Origin: Squalus acanthias
Taxonomy: Eukaryota
Direction of reading: 5' to 3'
Assembly: GCA_030390025.1 (NCBI GenBank)
Contig: CM059433.1
Span: forward strand, 4,588,001 to 4,652,000
DNA length: 64,000 nucleotides
The notes under the pieces were generated by a model that saw nothing but the letters and a program-made list of their open reading frames with translations, was not told the DNA's origin and ran no database searches. Shown here one piece after another: positions 47,629-58,719 of the stretch; positions within the stretch are counted from its first letter, which is position 1, and each line of letters starts with the position of its first letter. A program made the translations under genes and the position numbers.

Positions 47629-49125
47629 TCACACTGAATTAGGATTAAATGACAAATCTGGATTTTTAGCAATCACAAAGAATGACTGGAAACATTCAGG
47701 AAGAAATTAAAACAAATGCATCATCTTGGATCAGTGCAGTTTTTTTAAAAAACATAAAAATGCAGGCGTTTTCACTTAAGAACAGAGGATGAGCAGAACT
47801 TCAAAAAACTGCTGAATAAAAAACGAACACCTCGATGCAAACATGCAGAGGGAATAACATTTCAAAAATATCTGTATCTCCTCACACACACTAAATTTTC
47901 TCCATCAACGACTCTTTAGTCGACATCCTTTAACTCAGTAGATACATTTATTAGTGTATTTAGTCTAGTTCTGACTTAGCATTTCTGGTCCAAGTAGCTA
48001 CCCATGGACAGCAGCAGCCACACTCTGGTAAGCTATCTCGAGTACTGAGTTAAACCAGGTGAGAGCGGCAGGTGGTAGCTACTTCCACAAAGGGGCAGGT
48101 CTCAAAGTCTACATTTTGTAGATAAAACCATCTTCAATAGAACTGGTGGAACAGACTGGCTCAGTGAGCTGAATCAGTGATGGCAATAGTGCAGGGTGCT
48201 GTGACAAACTGAGGGCAACACTCCAGGTATTGGCCACCTACACAGGTAGAGGTCCATTTCCTGCACTGAATGGCGAAGAGCGCTGGAGCACGCCACAGAC
48301 AGGAATGGGCTGCATCGCAATCTCTCCCAGCCACCTTGGCATGTCATTCTCTGGATTCAGAATTAAAGTTCCAAAAAAAAAACCTAAAACTAAAAAAATA
48401 ACAAGAGAGTCAAGTGTTGGAGATGGGGTCAAGGAGTGCCGCGAGGTCTCTGTCTCTGTGAATAATGGAAACACCACCTCTAAAGAAGCAGCTTCCTTCT
48501 CTTGCCGATGCTGTGAGAGTAATTCCAATATTGAATTACAACTCCAGCGTGAAATCGCTAAACAGTTTGGCATCACAGTCTTGTTTTGTAAGATTTGCTA
48601 TACTGCACTGTCATGAAGCAAATGACATAAATACACTTTCGTAACGACTGTGTGATCGTTTTTACTGGACTGTAAATGCAATCCAGTTTGCATTCCATTG
48701 ATGGCTTCTTGCCAATATTGATACAACAGTTAAAATGGATAAAAGAATAGAAGGGTTAAGCGAATAAAATTACTTGGCAAAATCATTACTGATTTAACAG
48801 TTTTCCTCTGTACTTATCTGGCTGGTGAATTATGCTGTTGATTATAGATTGTGCTGGGAAAATAGTAATTAGCCATTGGCGTTTACATTCCCAATACCAT
48901 TGGTTCCAATGGGATTTCCTCAACAACTAATCCGCTGCAGCAACTCACCAAGCTGACCGACCTCTCAGCCTGTGAGCTCAAACCAAAAAGGTCGAGAGCA
49001 GCAGTGTCGTGGGAACCTCACTGCTTATAGGTTTCCCTCCAAGTGACACACCATCCTCCTGACTTGGACATGTAGTACTGCTCCTTCACTGCTGCAGGAT
49101 GCAATCCCTGGAATTCTCTACCTTT

Positions 49126-49728
49126 AAAAAAAATTGTTTATGGGATGTGGGCGTCGCTGGCAAGGCCAGCATTTATTGCCCATCCCTAGTTACCCTTGAG
49201 AAGGTGGCGCTGAGCCGCCTTCTTGTACCGCTGCAGTCCGTGTGGTGAAGGTGCTTCCACAGTGCTGTTAGGGAGGAAGTTCCAGGATTTTGACCCAGCG
49301 ACGATGAAGGATCGGTGATATATTTCCAAGTAAGGATGGTGTGTGACTTGGAGGGGAACTTGGAGGTGGTGGTGTTCCCATGCGCCTGCTGCCTTTGTCC
49401 TTCTAGGTAGAAGAGGTCGCGGGTTTGGGAGGTGCTGCCGAAGAAGCCTTGGCGAGTTGCTGCAGTGCATCTTGTAGATGGTACACACTGCAGCCACGGT
49501 ACACCGGTGGTGGAGGGAGTGAATGTTTAAGGTGATGGATGGGGTGCCAATCAAGCGGGCTGCTTGTTCCTGGATGGTGTCGAGCTTCTTGAGTGTTGTT
49601 GGAACTGCACTCATCCAGGCAAGTGGAGAGTATTCCATCACACTCCTGACTTGTGCCTTGTAGATGGTGGAAAGGCTTTGGGGAGTCAGGAGGTGAGACA
49701 CTCGCCGCAGAATACCCAGCCTCTGGCC
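49126..49728 (-). mobile_element. LINE family 'B' 3' fragment
   Basis: GQRLGILRRVSHLLTPQSLSTIYKAQVRSVMEYSPLAW...HLLKGN*. Confidence 0.9.
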
Positions 49729-49784
49729 TAAGAGCGCCCTCAGTAAATGTACTGCTGTAGTTGAAGAAGACAGCCTCCTCCAGA

Positions 49785-50185
49785 GACTCGAGTACGTAAT
49801 CCAAGCTGACACTCCAGTGTAGTACTGAGGGAGTGATGCTCTGTCGGAGGCACAGTCTGTCAGATGAGATGTTAGACCGAGGCCCCCTCTGCTCTCTCAG
49901 GTGGACATAAAAGATCCCATGGCACTATTCGAAGAAGAGCAGGAGTGTTCTCGCTGGTGTACTGGACATTATTTATCCCTCAATCAACATCACTAAAATC
50001 AGATTATCTGGTCATGTATCTCAGTGCTGTTTGTGGGACCTTGCTGTGGGTAAATTGGCTGCCTGCCATGTTTCCGACATTACAACAGTGCAGACTGCAT
50101 AACAAAAATTACTTCATTGGCTGTAAAGCACTTTGGGACACCCTGAGGTCCTGAAAGGCGCTATATAAACGCAGGTCCTTTCCTT
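49785..50185 (+). mobile_element. DeuSINE, 5'-truncated
   Basis: Matches about 39485-39888. Confidence 0.85.
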
Positions 50186-50457
50186 ATCTACTAGCTGATT
50201 ATACTCAGTCAGGTATCTGCCCACCCCCCCCCCCCACCCCCCCGCCCCCCCCCCCACTCCCACCCCGCTCCAGGTGACGTAGGCTGTATTTCAGAACACG
50301 AAGAAATTTGGGAGAGAGGGATTTATTCCAGAGATGTATTTTACGAATTTGCACCGTAGTTGCAGAATACTGTGTGCAGCGTACTGATCTCTATGCCTGA
50401 ATGTGCCGCACATGACCCGAAGAACTAATTCTGAAAATCTATACCACTGAGGCAGCA

Positions 50458-50942
50458 TAACAACAACTTGCGTTTATATAGCACCGTTAACGTAGTAAAA
50501 CGTCCGAAGGCGCTTCGCAGGAGCGATTATCAAACAAACTTTGACACAAAGCCACATAAAGAGATATTAGGACAGGATAGATCCTCGGGGGACCCCAGAG
50601 GTAACGATGCGGGAGCGGGAAGGAAGCTGTTGCAGGTGATTCTCTGGCTACGATTAGATAGACAAGAATGGAACCAGGTGAGTGCAGTCCCACCCAGCTG
50701 GACGACGGTGGAGAGGTGTTGGAGAAGGATGGAGTGGTCAACCGTGTCAAAGGCTGCAGACAGGTCGAGAAGGAGGAGGAGGGAGAGTTTACCACGGTCA
50801 CAGTCACACAGGATGTCATTTGTGACTTTGACAAGTGCCGTCCCAGTGCTGCGACGGGTCAGGAACCTGATTGGAGGGGTTCAAACATGGAGTTGCGGGA
50901 TAGATGGGCACGGATTTGGGAGGCGACAACACGTTCAAGTAC
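50458..50942 (-). mobile_element. L2 LINE fragment; RT segment joined to the 3' UTR by internal deletion
   Basis: Minus strand LLLDLSAAFDTVDHSILLQHL...WFHSCLSNRSQ...GVPRGSIL, then the L2 tail. Confidence 0.85.
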
Positions 50943-51030
50943 TGAAGAAAGACTTTAATGAACCCTCAAACTTTGTAGATAAATTATTCCGTTTATAAAT
51001 AAGCAACTTTCGTAAATCCCAAATACTGAC

Positions 51031-51381
51031 CTGTTACCACCACACACGACTCCGTGCTTTGGTTCTTAGTGATGCAAATGATCACCACAAAATTCTTCCC
51101 TTGCAATTTCCCCTCAATGAGAAGCTTAAACGTTTCTGCTAGGCCTTCCGCCAATGAACTTGACGAATCAAGGATCCTGACAACATTCTTGCAGGAACTG
51201 GCTGCTAACTTGGCCAGCCAAGTGAGCTGCTTTGGGGTGACGGCCAAGGTCTGCGATGACACATACGGCACTGACTGAGAAACAGCTTGCTGGAATTGCT
51301 TGGTTTCGCTAAGATTAGATTCCTGCCACGCTCTCACCAATATATGCTCCAAATCCTCAATCAAAGGCACCTGATCTGGAG
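51031..51381 (-). CDS. GREB1: GREB1 coding exon, 351 nt, phase 1-1
   Basis: tcctag|CT...ACAG|gtcagt; APDQVPLIEDLEHILVRAWQES...LAEGLAETFKLLIEGKL...SCVVVT. Confidence 0.95.
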
Positions 51382-51842
51382 CTAGGAGTGAAGAAAACAA
51401 ATAAAGGTTTCAATTAGTGTAAAGAGTCTTCCCAATACAAAAATAGGCACAAAAAAAGGGAAATGTGAAGCTACATGAGGCAAAGCTGGTTTCCAGCCTG
51501 AGAGAGTAATTTAATTCATACTAATAGCCCTGTGTAAGACCTGCAGACACCTGGGCTTCATGACACATTCCTTAGCACGGGTAAGAAATCATTTCCAGTT
51601 TGGTAACATACTGTGCACCAACAAGCCATTAACACTGATATGAGTAGCCCTCTGAAAAATGCAGGTACGTTCTGAGAAGTGAAATGAAAACAGGAAGACA
51701 ATAAAGCCCCGTAATTGGGACTCCCAGTGTGTAGAGCCACATTTGATCATAGCACAGTTCAGAAAATCGGTCGCAGAGGTTCACATGCCCAATTTGTGGC
51801 GCTCCACATTTTCCAGCCTTTGATTTTAAAGGCTCTTCAATT

Positions 51843-53020
51843 TGTCAGAAGTTCATGGGTTCAAGGCCCACTCCAGGGACATCAACACAAAATCCAGGCT
51901 GACACTCCAGTGCAGTACTGAGGGAGCGCCACACTGTGGGAGTCGCAGTACTGAGGGAGCGCCGCACTGTTGGAGGGGCAGTACTGAGGGAGCGCCGCAC
52001 TCTCGGAGGGGCAGTACTGAGGGAGTGCTGCACTGTCGGAGGGGCAGTACTGAGGGAGCGCCGCACTGTCAGAGGGGCAGTGCTGAGGGAGCGCCGCACT
52101 CTCGGAGGGGCAGTACTGAGGGAGCGCCGCACTGTCTGAGGGTCAGTACTGAGGGAGTGCCGCGCTGTCGGAGGGGCAGTACTGAGGGAGCGCCGCACTG
52201 TCTGAGGGTCAGTGCTAAGGGAGCGCCGCGCTGTTGGAGGGGCAGTACTGAGGGAGCGCCGCACTGTGGGAGTCGCAGTACTGAGGGAGCGCCGCACTGT
52301 CGGCGGGACAGTACTGAGGGAGTGCTGCACTGTCAGAGGGGCGGTACTGAGGGAGCGCTGCACTGTCGGAGGGGCAGTACTGAGGGAGTGCTGCACTGTG
52401 GGAGTCGCAGTACTGAGGGAGTGCCGCACTGTGGGAGTCGCAGTACTGAGGGAGCGCCGCACTGTCGGAGGGGCAGTACTGAGGGAGCGCCGCACTGTCG
52501 GAGGGGCAGTACTGAGGGAGCGCTGCACTGTCGGAGAGGCAGTACTGAGGGAGCGCCGCACTGTCGGAGGGGCAGTACTGAGGGAGCGCTGCATTGTCGG
52601 AGGGGCAGTACTGAGGGAGCGCTGCACTGTTGGAGGGTCAGTACTGAGGGAGTGCTGCACTGTCGGAGGGGCAGTACTGAGGGAGCGCCGCACTGTCGGC
52701 GGTGCCGTCTTTCCGGTGAAGCATGAAACCAAGGACCCGTCTACTCTTTCAGGTGGACGTAAAAGATCCCGTGGCACTATTTTGAAGAAGAGCAGGGGAG
52801 TTCTCCCGGTGTCCTGGGGCCAATATTTATCCCTCAACCAGCATAACAAAAACAGATGATCTGGATCATTATCACATTGCTGTTTGTGGGATCTTGCTGT
52901 GCGCACGTTGGTTGCCACATTTCGTACATTACAACAGTGACTCCACTTCAAAAATACTTCATTGGCTGCAAAGTGCTTTGGAATGCTCTGAGGTTGTGAA
53001 AGGCAAGTCTTTCTTTCTTT
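51843..53020 (+). mobile_element. DeuSINE with an internal 33-bp tandem expansion
   Basis: B-box head, array, then the normal SINE body and tail. Confidence 0.9.
51913..52702. repeat. 33-bp minisatellite (CAGTACTGAGGGAGCGCCGCACTGTCGGAGGGG), about 24 units
   Basis: Direct reading; the 11-codon period explains the long repetitive ORFs. Confidence 0.96.
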
Positions 53021-53189
53021 AAATGGGACATGAATACATTCCCGTACATTATGCCATTATACTTCCTGCTTTCAAGTATAGGAGGGGGTACTGTTGCTTC
53101 CTAATATTGTAGGATAAGACCATTGCAAAATATGGAATGAATGAAAATTTAACAAAATTGTAAATAAGGAAAATTGGTATTCTTGACCT

Positions 53190-53395
53190 TTGCAACAACA
53201 ACAACCTCCATTTATATAGCGCCTTTAATGTAGTAAAAACATCCCAAGGTGCTTCACAGGAGCGATTATCAGACAAGGTTTGACACCGAGCCACATAAAT
53301 GGATATTAGGACAGGTGACCAAAAGCTTACTCAAAGAGAGAGGTTTTAAGGCGAGACTTAAAGGAGAGAGAGGCGGAGAGGTTCAGGGAGGGAAC
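53190..53395 (-). mobile_element. L2 3' tail fragment
   Basis: Paralog of 18292-18500. Confidence 0.8.
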
Positions 53396-53553
53396 GTCAG
53401 AGCTGATGCAGTTATTAGATTTACCGTTTCTAGAAAGTATAGCTTTGACCAAAATAACGAAGCTCAACGATGTGAAACATCTGCCGACTCCAGAACAAAC
53501 AGTAAGTCAGACAACTTTTTTGGTGAAGCAGAAAGCAACGAGTGAACACTTAC

Positions 53554-53739
53554 CGAGTTGAACTAGATAGTACACGGTTAGTAAGATTTGCATCTCCACA
53601 GACAACACCGTCGTCACAGATGTGCTGTGTTGTTCATATACTCTGGGTAAAGACTGGGTATCTCCGTAGCAGCTCTGGAGCAGTGGACTGACCACAATAT
53701 CATTCAGATTACCACAAAGGTAAGGAAAGTTGCCATGGC
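53554..53739 (-). CDS. GREB1: GREB1 coding exon, 186 nt, phase 1-1
   Basis: ttttag|GC...CTCG|gtaagt; GHGNFPYLCGNLNDIVVSPLLQSCY...EMQILLTVYYLVQL. GHGNFPYLCGNLND is the GREB1 form (GREB1L reads GYGTLPYFYGNVGD). Confidence 0.96.
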
Positions 53740-53949
53740 CTAAAAAAATGAAATTGTCACATTTATCCTTTCTCTTCCCCAACCATGAATTATTTCATTC
53801 GGATTTAACAAGAGGCGTTATTCAGATTTAGCAGCATTTTGCAATTAAAGTTTGTTTCTTTATAACTCCAGTAAGTAAATGCATTGACGCTTGTGCTGGT
53901 CAGCTTGGCAGACTCGAAGATAATGAGCACTTCGTAAATTACAGACTTT

Positions 53950-54343
53950 TTAAAAATTCGTTCACGGGATCTGGGCGTCGCCGGCAAGGCCCATCCCTAA
54001 TTGCCCTCGAGAAGGTGATGGTGAGCCGCCGCCTTGAACCGTAGAGGGGCAGTTAAAGGTCAACCACATTGCTGTGGGTCTGGAGTCATATATCGGCCAG
54101 ACCGGGTAAGGACGGCAGATTTCCTTCCCTAAAGGACATTAGTGAACCAGATGGGTTTTTACGACAATCCGGTAGTTTTATGGTCACCATTACTGATACT
54201 AGCTTTTTATTCCAGATTTATTTAATTAACTGAACTTAAATTCCCCAGCTGCCTGTGGTGGGATTTGAACTCACGTCTCCAGATCATTAGTCCAGGCCTC
54301 GGGATTACGAGTCCAGTAACATAACCACTATGCTACAGTTCCC
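53950..54343 (-). mobile_element. Second tRNA-derived SINE family, near full length, with a LINE 'B' tail
   Basis: Head tagcatagtggtta...gttcaaatcc; core cccatctggttcactaatgtcctttagggaaggaaatctgccgtcc; tail gctcaccatcaccttctcgagggcaattagggatgggc. Confidence 0.85.
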
Positions 54344-54366
54344 ATTACTGAACTGCGTGATATTAT

Positions 54367-55067
54367 GGCTTCAATTTTAAACGCCTCCCACCAATGGGCA
54401 GGAAAAAGTAGATTAAAATCAAAATCCCGCCTCAAACCCATCACGTTCCCGGCCACCGTAATATTAACGGCGGCAATTCAGGCCTTGGACGAGGCCCCCG
54501 CTAAAAGCAGGCAGGGGTCTGCTGAAGATGCAAAGATCGCAGCCCGATGACGTTATCGGCGCCACAACTTAATATTAACAGGAAGGCAGGGGGAGTCACG
54601 CATGGTGGGAGGAGCCAACTGGCCAGAAGAGGTCACGGTAAATTTTAAAAATGTCCTTCTCTTTGAACTCCTTGCGGAGTGCTTCCCCCAGGGACCTCAA
54701 GGAGTTCTTGGGCATCCCAGCTCCGGCCTCCCATGGTCGTACAACTCGAGGGAATCCCATCCTCCCGATCTGACCTCGATTGCCATGGAACACCTCCTCC
54801 CACTGACCGTTCCCACGGGTCCCCAGCTGTGGCCTCCGATGGCCAAATTCCCGCTTTTGCCCCCCGGCCAGGTGTGAAATGGCCAGGTGTGGGGCAGGAG
54901 TCCAGGAAGCTTTATTTAAATGAGGCCCTGCAGAAGATCAACAGGCCCTCCCCTCCACGTCCCCGACCTGTGTCTGTGCACCACCCGCTACCGGGCTCGA
55001 GCGCAACCTACCTCCCACTCCACCCCCAGCCCCACCTCCCCCGCCACCCACAGTGAAAACAGAGGCC
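54367..55067. mobile_element. MITE-like element ending 26 bp from a GREB1 exon boundary
   Basis: Imperfect termini ggcttcaatttt / aaaacagaggcc; related to 28302-30534. Confidence 0.55.
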
Positions 55068-55093
55068 TAAATGTCTAACTTATATTTGCTTAC

Positions 55094-55231
55094 CTTTAAA
55101 AATTACAGGTCTGGTCCTGCAGATTTTAAGTAAATTGTCGGGTACAACCACAGGCTCCTCTGCGGCAGTAAGTGGAGAAGGAATTGGTCCCAAAAGGCTG
55201 GATTGAGTCATACAAGCTAATTCCACAATGT
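55094..55231 (-). CDS. GREB1: GREB1 internal coding exon (first in window), 138 nt, phase 1-1
   Basis: ttgcag|AC...AAAG|gtaagc; encodes DIVELACMTQSSLLGPIPSPLTAAEEPVVVPDNLLKICRTRPVIFK, matching the recalled GREB1 'EPVSVPDNLLKICKAKPVIFKG'. Confidence 0.92.
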
Positions 55232-55452
55232 CTGCAATTAGCAAAAGGAGACAATGAATTTCATGAACATTGATGAACAATGGGTAGTCCAGTATGCAAT
55301 GCAAGGTGGATGTACATTTCCTGCGTTGGCTTAGTACTGCTTTGCACCTAAATTAAGTAACAACATAACTACTGAGTGACCACCAATACTTTAGTCATTC
55401 ACCCTAGAATATATATATATATATATGAATATAAAATTGATCGCCCATGACA

Positions 55453-56000
55453 TTTTTTAAATTCATTTATGGGATGTGGGCGACGCTGGTGAGGCCAGCA
55501 TTTATTGCCCATCCCTAGTTGCCCTTGAGAAGGTGGTGGTGAGCCGCCTTCTTGAACCGCTGCAGTCCGTGTGGTGAAGGTGCTCCCACAGTGCTGTTAG
55601 GGAGGGAGTTCCAGGATTTTGACCCAGCAACGATGAAGGATCGGTGATATATTTCCAAGTCAGGATGGTGTGTGACTTGGAGGAGAACTTGGAGGTGGTG
55701 GTGTTCCCCTGCGCCTGCTGCCCTTGTCCTTCTAGGTGGAAGAGGTCGTGGGTTTGGGAGGTGCTGCCGAAGAAGCCTTGGCGAGTTGCTGCAGTGCATC
55801 TTGTAGATGGTACACACTGCAGCCACAGTGCGCCGGTGGTGGAGGGAGTGAATGTTTAAGGTGGTGGATGGGGTGCCAATCAAGCGGGCTGCTTTGTCCT
55901 GGATGGGGTCGAGCTTCTTGAGTGTTGCTGGAGCTGCACTCATCCAGGCAAGTGGAGAGTATTCCATCACACTCCTTACTTGTGCCTTGTGGATGGTGGG
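55453..56000 (-). mobile_element. LINE family 'B' 3' fragment
   Basis: IHKAQVRSVMEYSPLAW...AAHHHLLKGN*. Confidence 0.9.
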
Positions 56001-56647
56001 AGGGTGAAAGGTAAGTGATGTAGGTTTATAGAATTTAAAAATCAAAACTATGGGGCCACAACACAAGTGAAATGGGGGCTTACCGGTTTAAATAGTGCAG
56101 TGCCAGGAATTTGGCAAATTGTGATGGCGGAAGTTTTAGGAAATGTTTTTGCCTTGGAAAGATGGACGCAGGACAAAAAAAATACTGTTTGTCCAATCAG
56201 AAAGTATCTTTAAAATGCCAGAATTTATTTTGCGACTGACAGCAAGACTGGCCATTCACACAACAAGCTATGATTTCCTATTTGTAAGCCCATCCTACCC
56301 ACCCGGTGAAGTATTAGATGGATCACAGAGCGAGAGAGAGAGAGAAGCAACCTTAGTGTGCATTCTGAGAGCTGTAGTCCATCAGAGGGAAACACACATT
56401 GACCCTGCTACAATCTGGGAGTTGTAATCCATCCCAGTGTGGTATGCACAGTATGGCACTGATACAGACACACAACCATGGAAGCGCCATCACCACAAGG
56501 GCTGCAATTGTTCAAAGAGAACACTCACCACTCAGGACAACTACGGATGGGCATTAAATGTGCCCTTAGTAGCATCGCCCACATCCCAAGAAACAGTAAA
56601 AAAAATTCTAGCGCATCTCACACTTGAAAGCGTCACCTTTTGTTACA

Positions 56648-57000
56648 CAGTGTGTACCATCTACAAGATGCACTGCAGCAACTCGCCAAGGCTTCTTCGG
56701 CAGCACCTCCCAAACCCGCGACCTCTTCCACCGAGAAGGACAAGGGCAGCAGGCGCATGGGAACACCACCACCTCCAAGTTCCCCTCCAAGTCACACACC
56801 ACCCTGACTTGGAAATATATCGTCGCTGGGTCAAAATCCTGGAACTCGCTCCCTAACAGCACTGTGGGAGCACCTTCACCACACGGACTGCAGCGGTTAA
56901 AGAAGACGGCTCACCACCACCTTCTCGAGGGCAATTAGGGATGGGCAATAAATGCTGGCCTTGCCAGCGACGCCCACATCCCATAAACGAATAAACAAAA
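56648..57000 (+). mobile_element. LINE family 'B' 3' fragment
   Basis: VCTIYKMHCSNSPRLLRQHL...; conserved tail. Confidence 0.88.
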
Positions 57001-57720
57001 ACATCCCAACTGGAAAAAGAAACATTCAAAATACAGGTCACACATACATCCGACTGACTCAAATGTCAAATTCATAAAACAGCAAAACTAGGAGGAGGTA
57101 CGGAGCAGTCAACAAAACAACTATTAAGAAAAGAATCAGCTGCAGAAAAACAACCAACGAAGCCACTCAAAATATTTTTTTGTCCACCGTCTTGTTTTGT
57201 CGGTAAGCAAAAGACATGGCACTGAAACCAAGCTTCGGAACATTAAGGGGGTGTCTTTCCACAGGAGAAATGTAGTATTTGGAAATCTCTCCAACTGTGT
57301 TTTCCTCTGGAGGCCTGGCCCGTTTCCCACAATCATCACCATGTCAGCTACCCTGAGTGAAAAGGTTCCACAAGGTGCCAGACTCCAACTCCTAAAATGC
57401 ACCAGTGTCGTTCTGTGCCAGTACTCTACGCATAACAAGTCCCAGAATGTAACTGAAAGGATTCTGCAGCTTGCGTCCCGGACTCCTCGAGAGCAACACC
57501 ATGGCAGCTCTACTTGCATTGTTAACATTTACTGAACAATTATTTTGCTTGTTTACACTGCAGTGCATCACTTCAATTTTCTTTGAGGTAATTACACAAA
57601 CATCGCTTCATTAAAAATCCTGAGTAAGTGATGTACAGAGCGCAAAATAGGATTTACTCCCTTGCATGTTCAATTTGTCTCAAGGCTTTGAAATAGACAC
57701 AAATTCAGGACTCTTAAGAC

Positions 57721-57983
57721 CATAAGAAATAGGAGCAGGAGTGGGCCATTTGGCCCTTCGAGCCTGCTCCGCCATTCAATAAGATCATGGTTGATCTTCT
57801 ACCTCATCTCCACTTTCCTGCACTATCCCCATATCCCTGGATTCCCTTAGTGCCCAAAAATCTCTCGATCTCTGTCTTGAATATACTCAACGACTGAGCC
57901 TCCACAGCCCTCTGGGGCAGAGAATTCCAAAGATTCACCACCCTCTGAGTGAAGAAATTCTCCTCATCTCAGTCCTAAATGGT
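57721..57983 (-). mobile_element. CR1 3' fragment
   Basis: Antisense of FRTEMRREFLHSE.../QRVVNLWNSLP and the CR1 tail. Confidence 0.88.
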
Positions 57984-58719
57984 CACAAACTACCACAAAA
58001 TAATACTTACAACAAAAACAGAAACTGCAAATTCATTTGTCGGCCTTGCAAAATGTTTCCACAGTTAGTTGCAATGGTCTAGAAATTGGATAAAGCCCGA
58101 AAATGGGCAGGGCATCGCCCAGCACCACTTGCCTGCGCCCGTTCAAAGTGGTGCAGGAAGAACGCACAATTCGCGCTGCCTGCTCATTTACAAAGTTGCA
58201 GCGCTGATATCTGCGCTAAACACACCGCTGATTGGCTTAACGCTCAACAGCGGGCCAATATCAGGTGCAGTCTACTGGCCAATAAAATTTGGCCGAGGCT
58301 CTCTCCACTAATTAAAGGGGAGATACTTTGTTGCAGAAGCATCTCATTGTCAGTCAAAAGGGAGCCATGGTCCAACAGCCGAGGGAAAGGGCGAGACGAT
58401 TTTCTGATCCGACACTGGAGGCCTTGGTCCTGGGGGTCCAATGACGCCATGATCTCCTCTAACTGCAGGGGGGGGGGGGGGGGGCAAGAGGCCTTCAAGG
58501 ATGACCACAAGAAGGATCTGGGAGGAGATCGCTCAGTCATTGCGACGAGTGTCGCCCCCAGGACCTGGATCCAGCGCCGCAAAAAATTTATTGACCTCAC
58601 ACGGCTGCTGTATCCCACCATCTGCACCATAGGCCTCACACACTGCTCAATGCACCACACCCCCAATCGCACACCGACCAACAATCTCTAGCTATCACCA
58701 CTCATACCTCACAATCAGA

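Noticed and set aside
48230..48616. Overlapping 128-aa and 112-aa ORFs in unique sequence
   Set aside because: No recognisable homology, and the GREB1 reading frame is already continuous across this intron.
51842..52951. Long ORFs of 294, 368 and 215 aa
   Set aside because: Products of a 33-bp repeat inside a SINE.
57136..57535. Possible upstream GREB1 exon (GPPKKRH...) or small gene
   Set aside because: No GREB1-like peptide in the frames I read; that exon probably lies beyond 64000.
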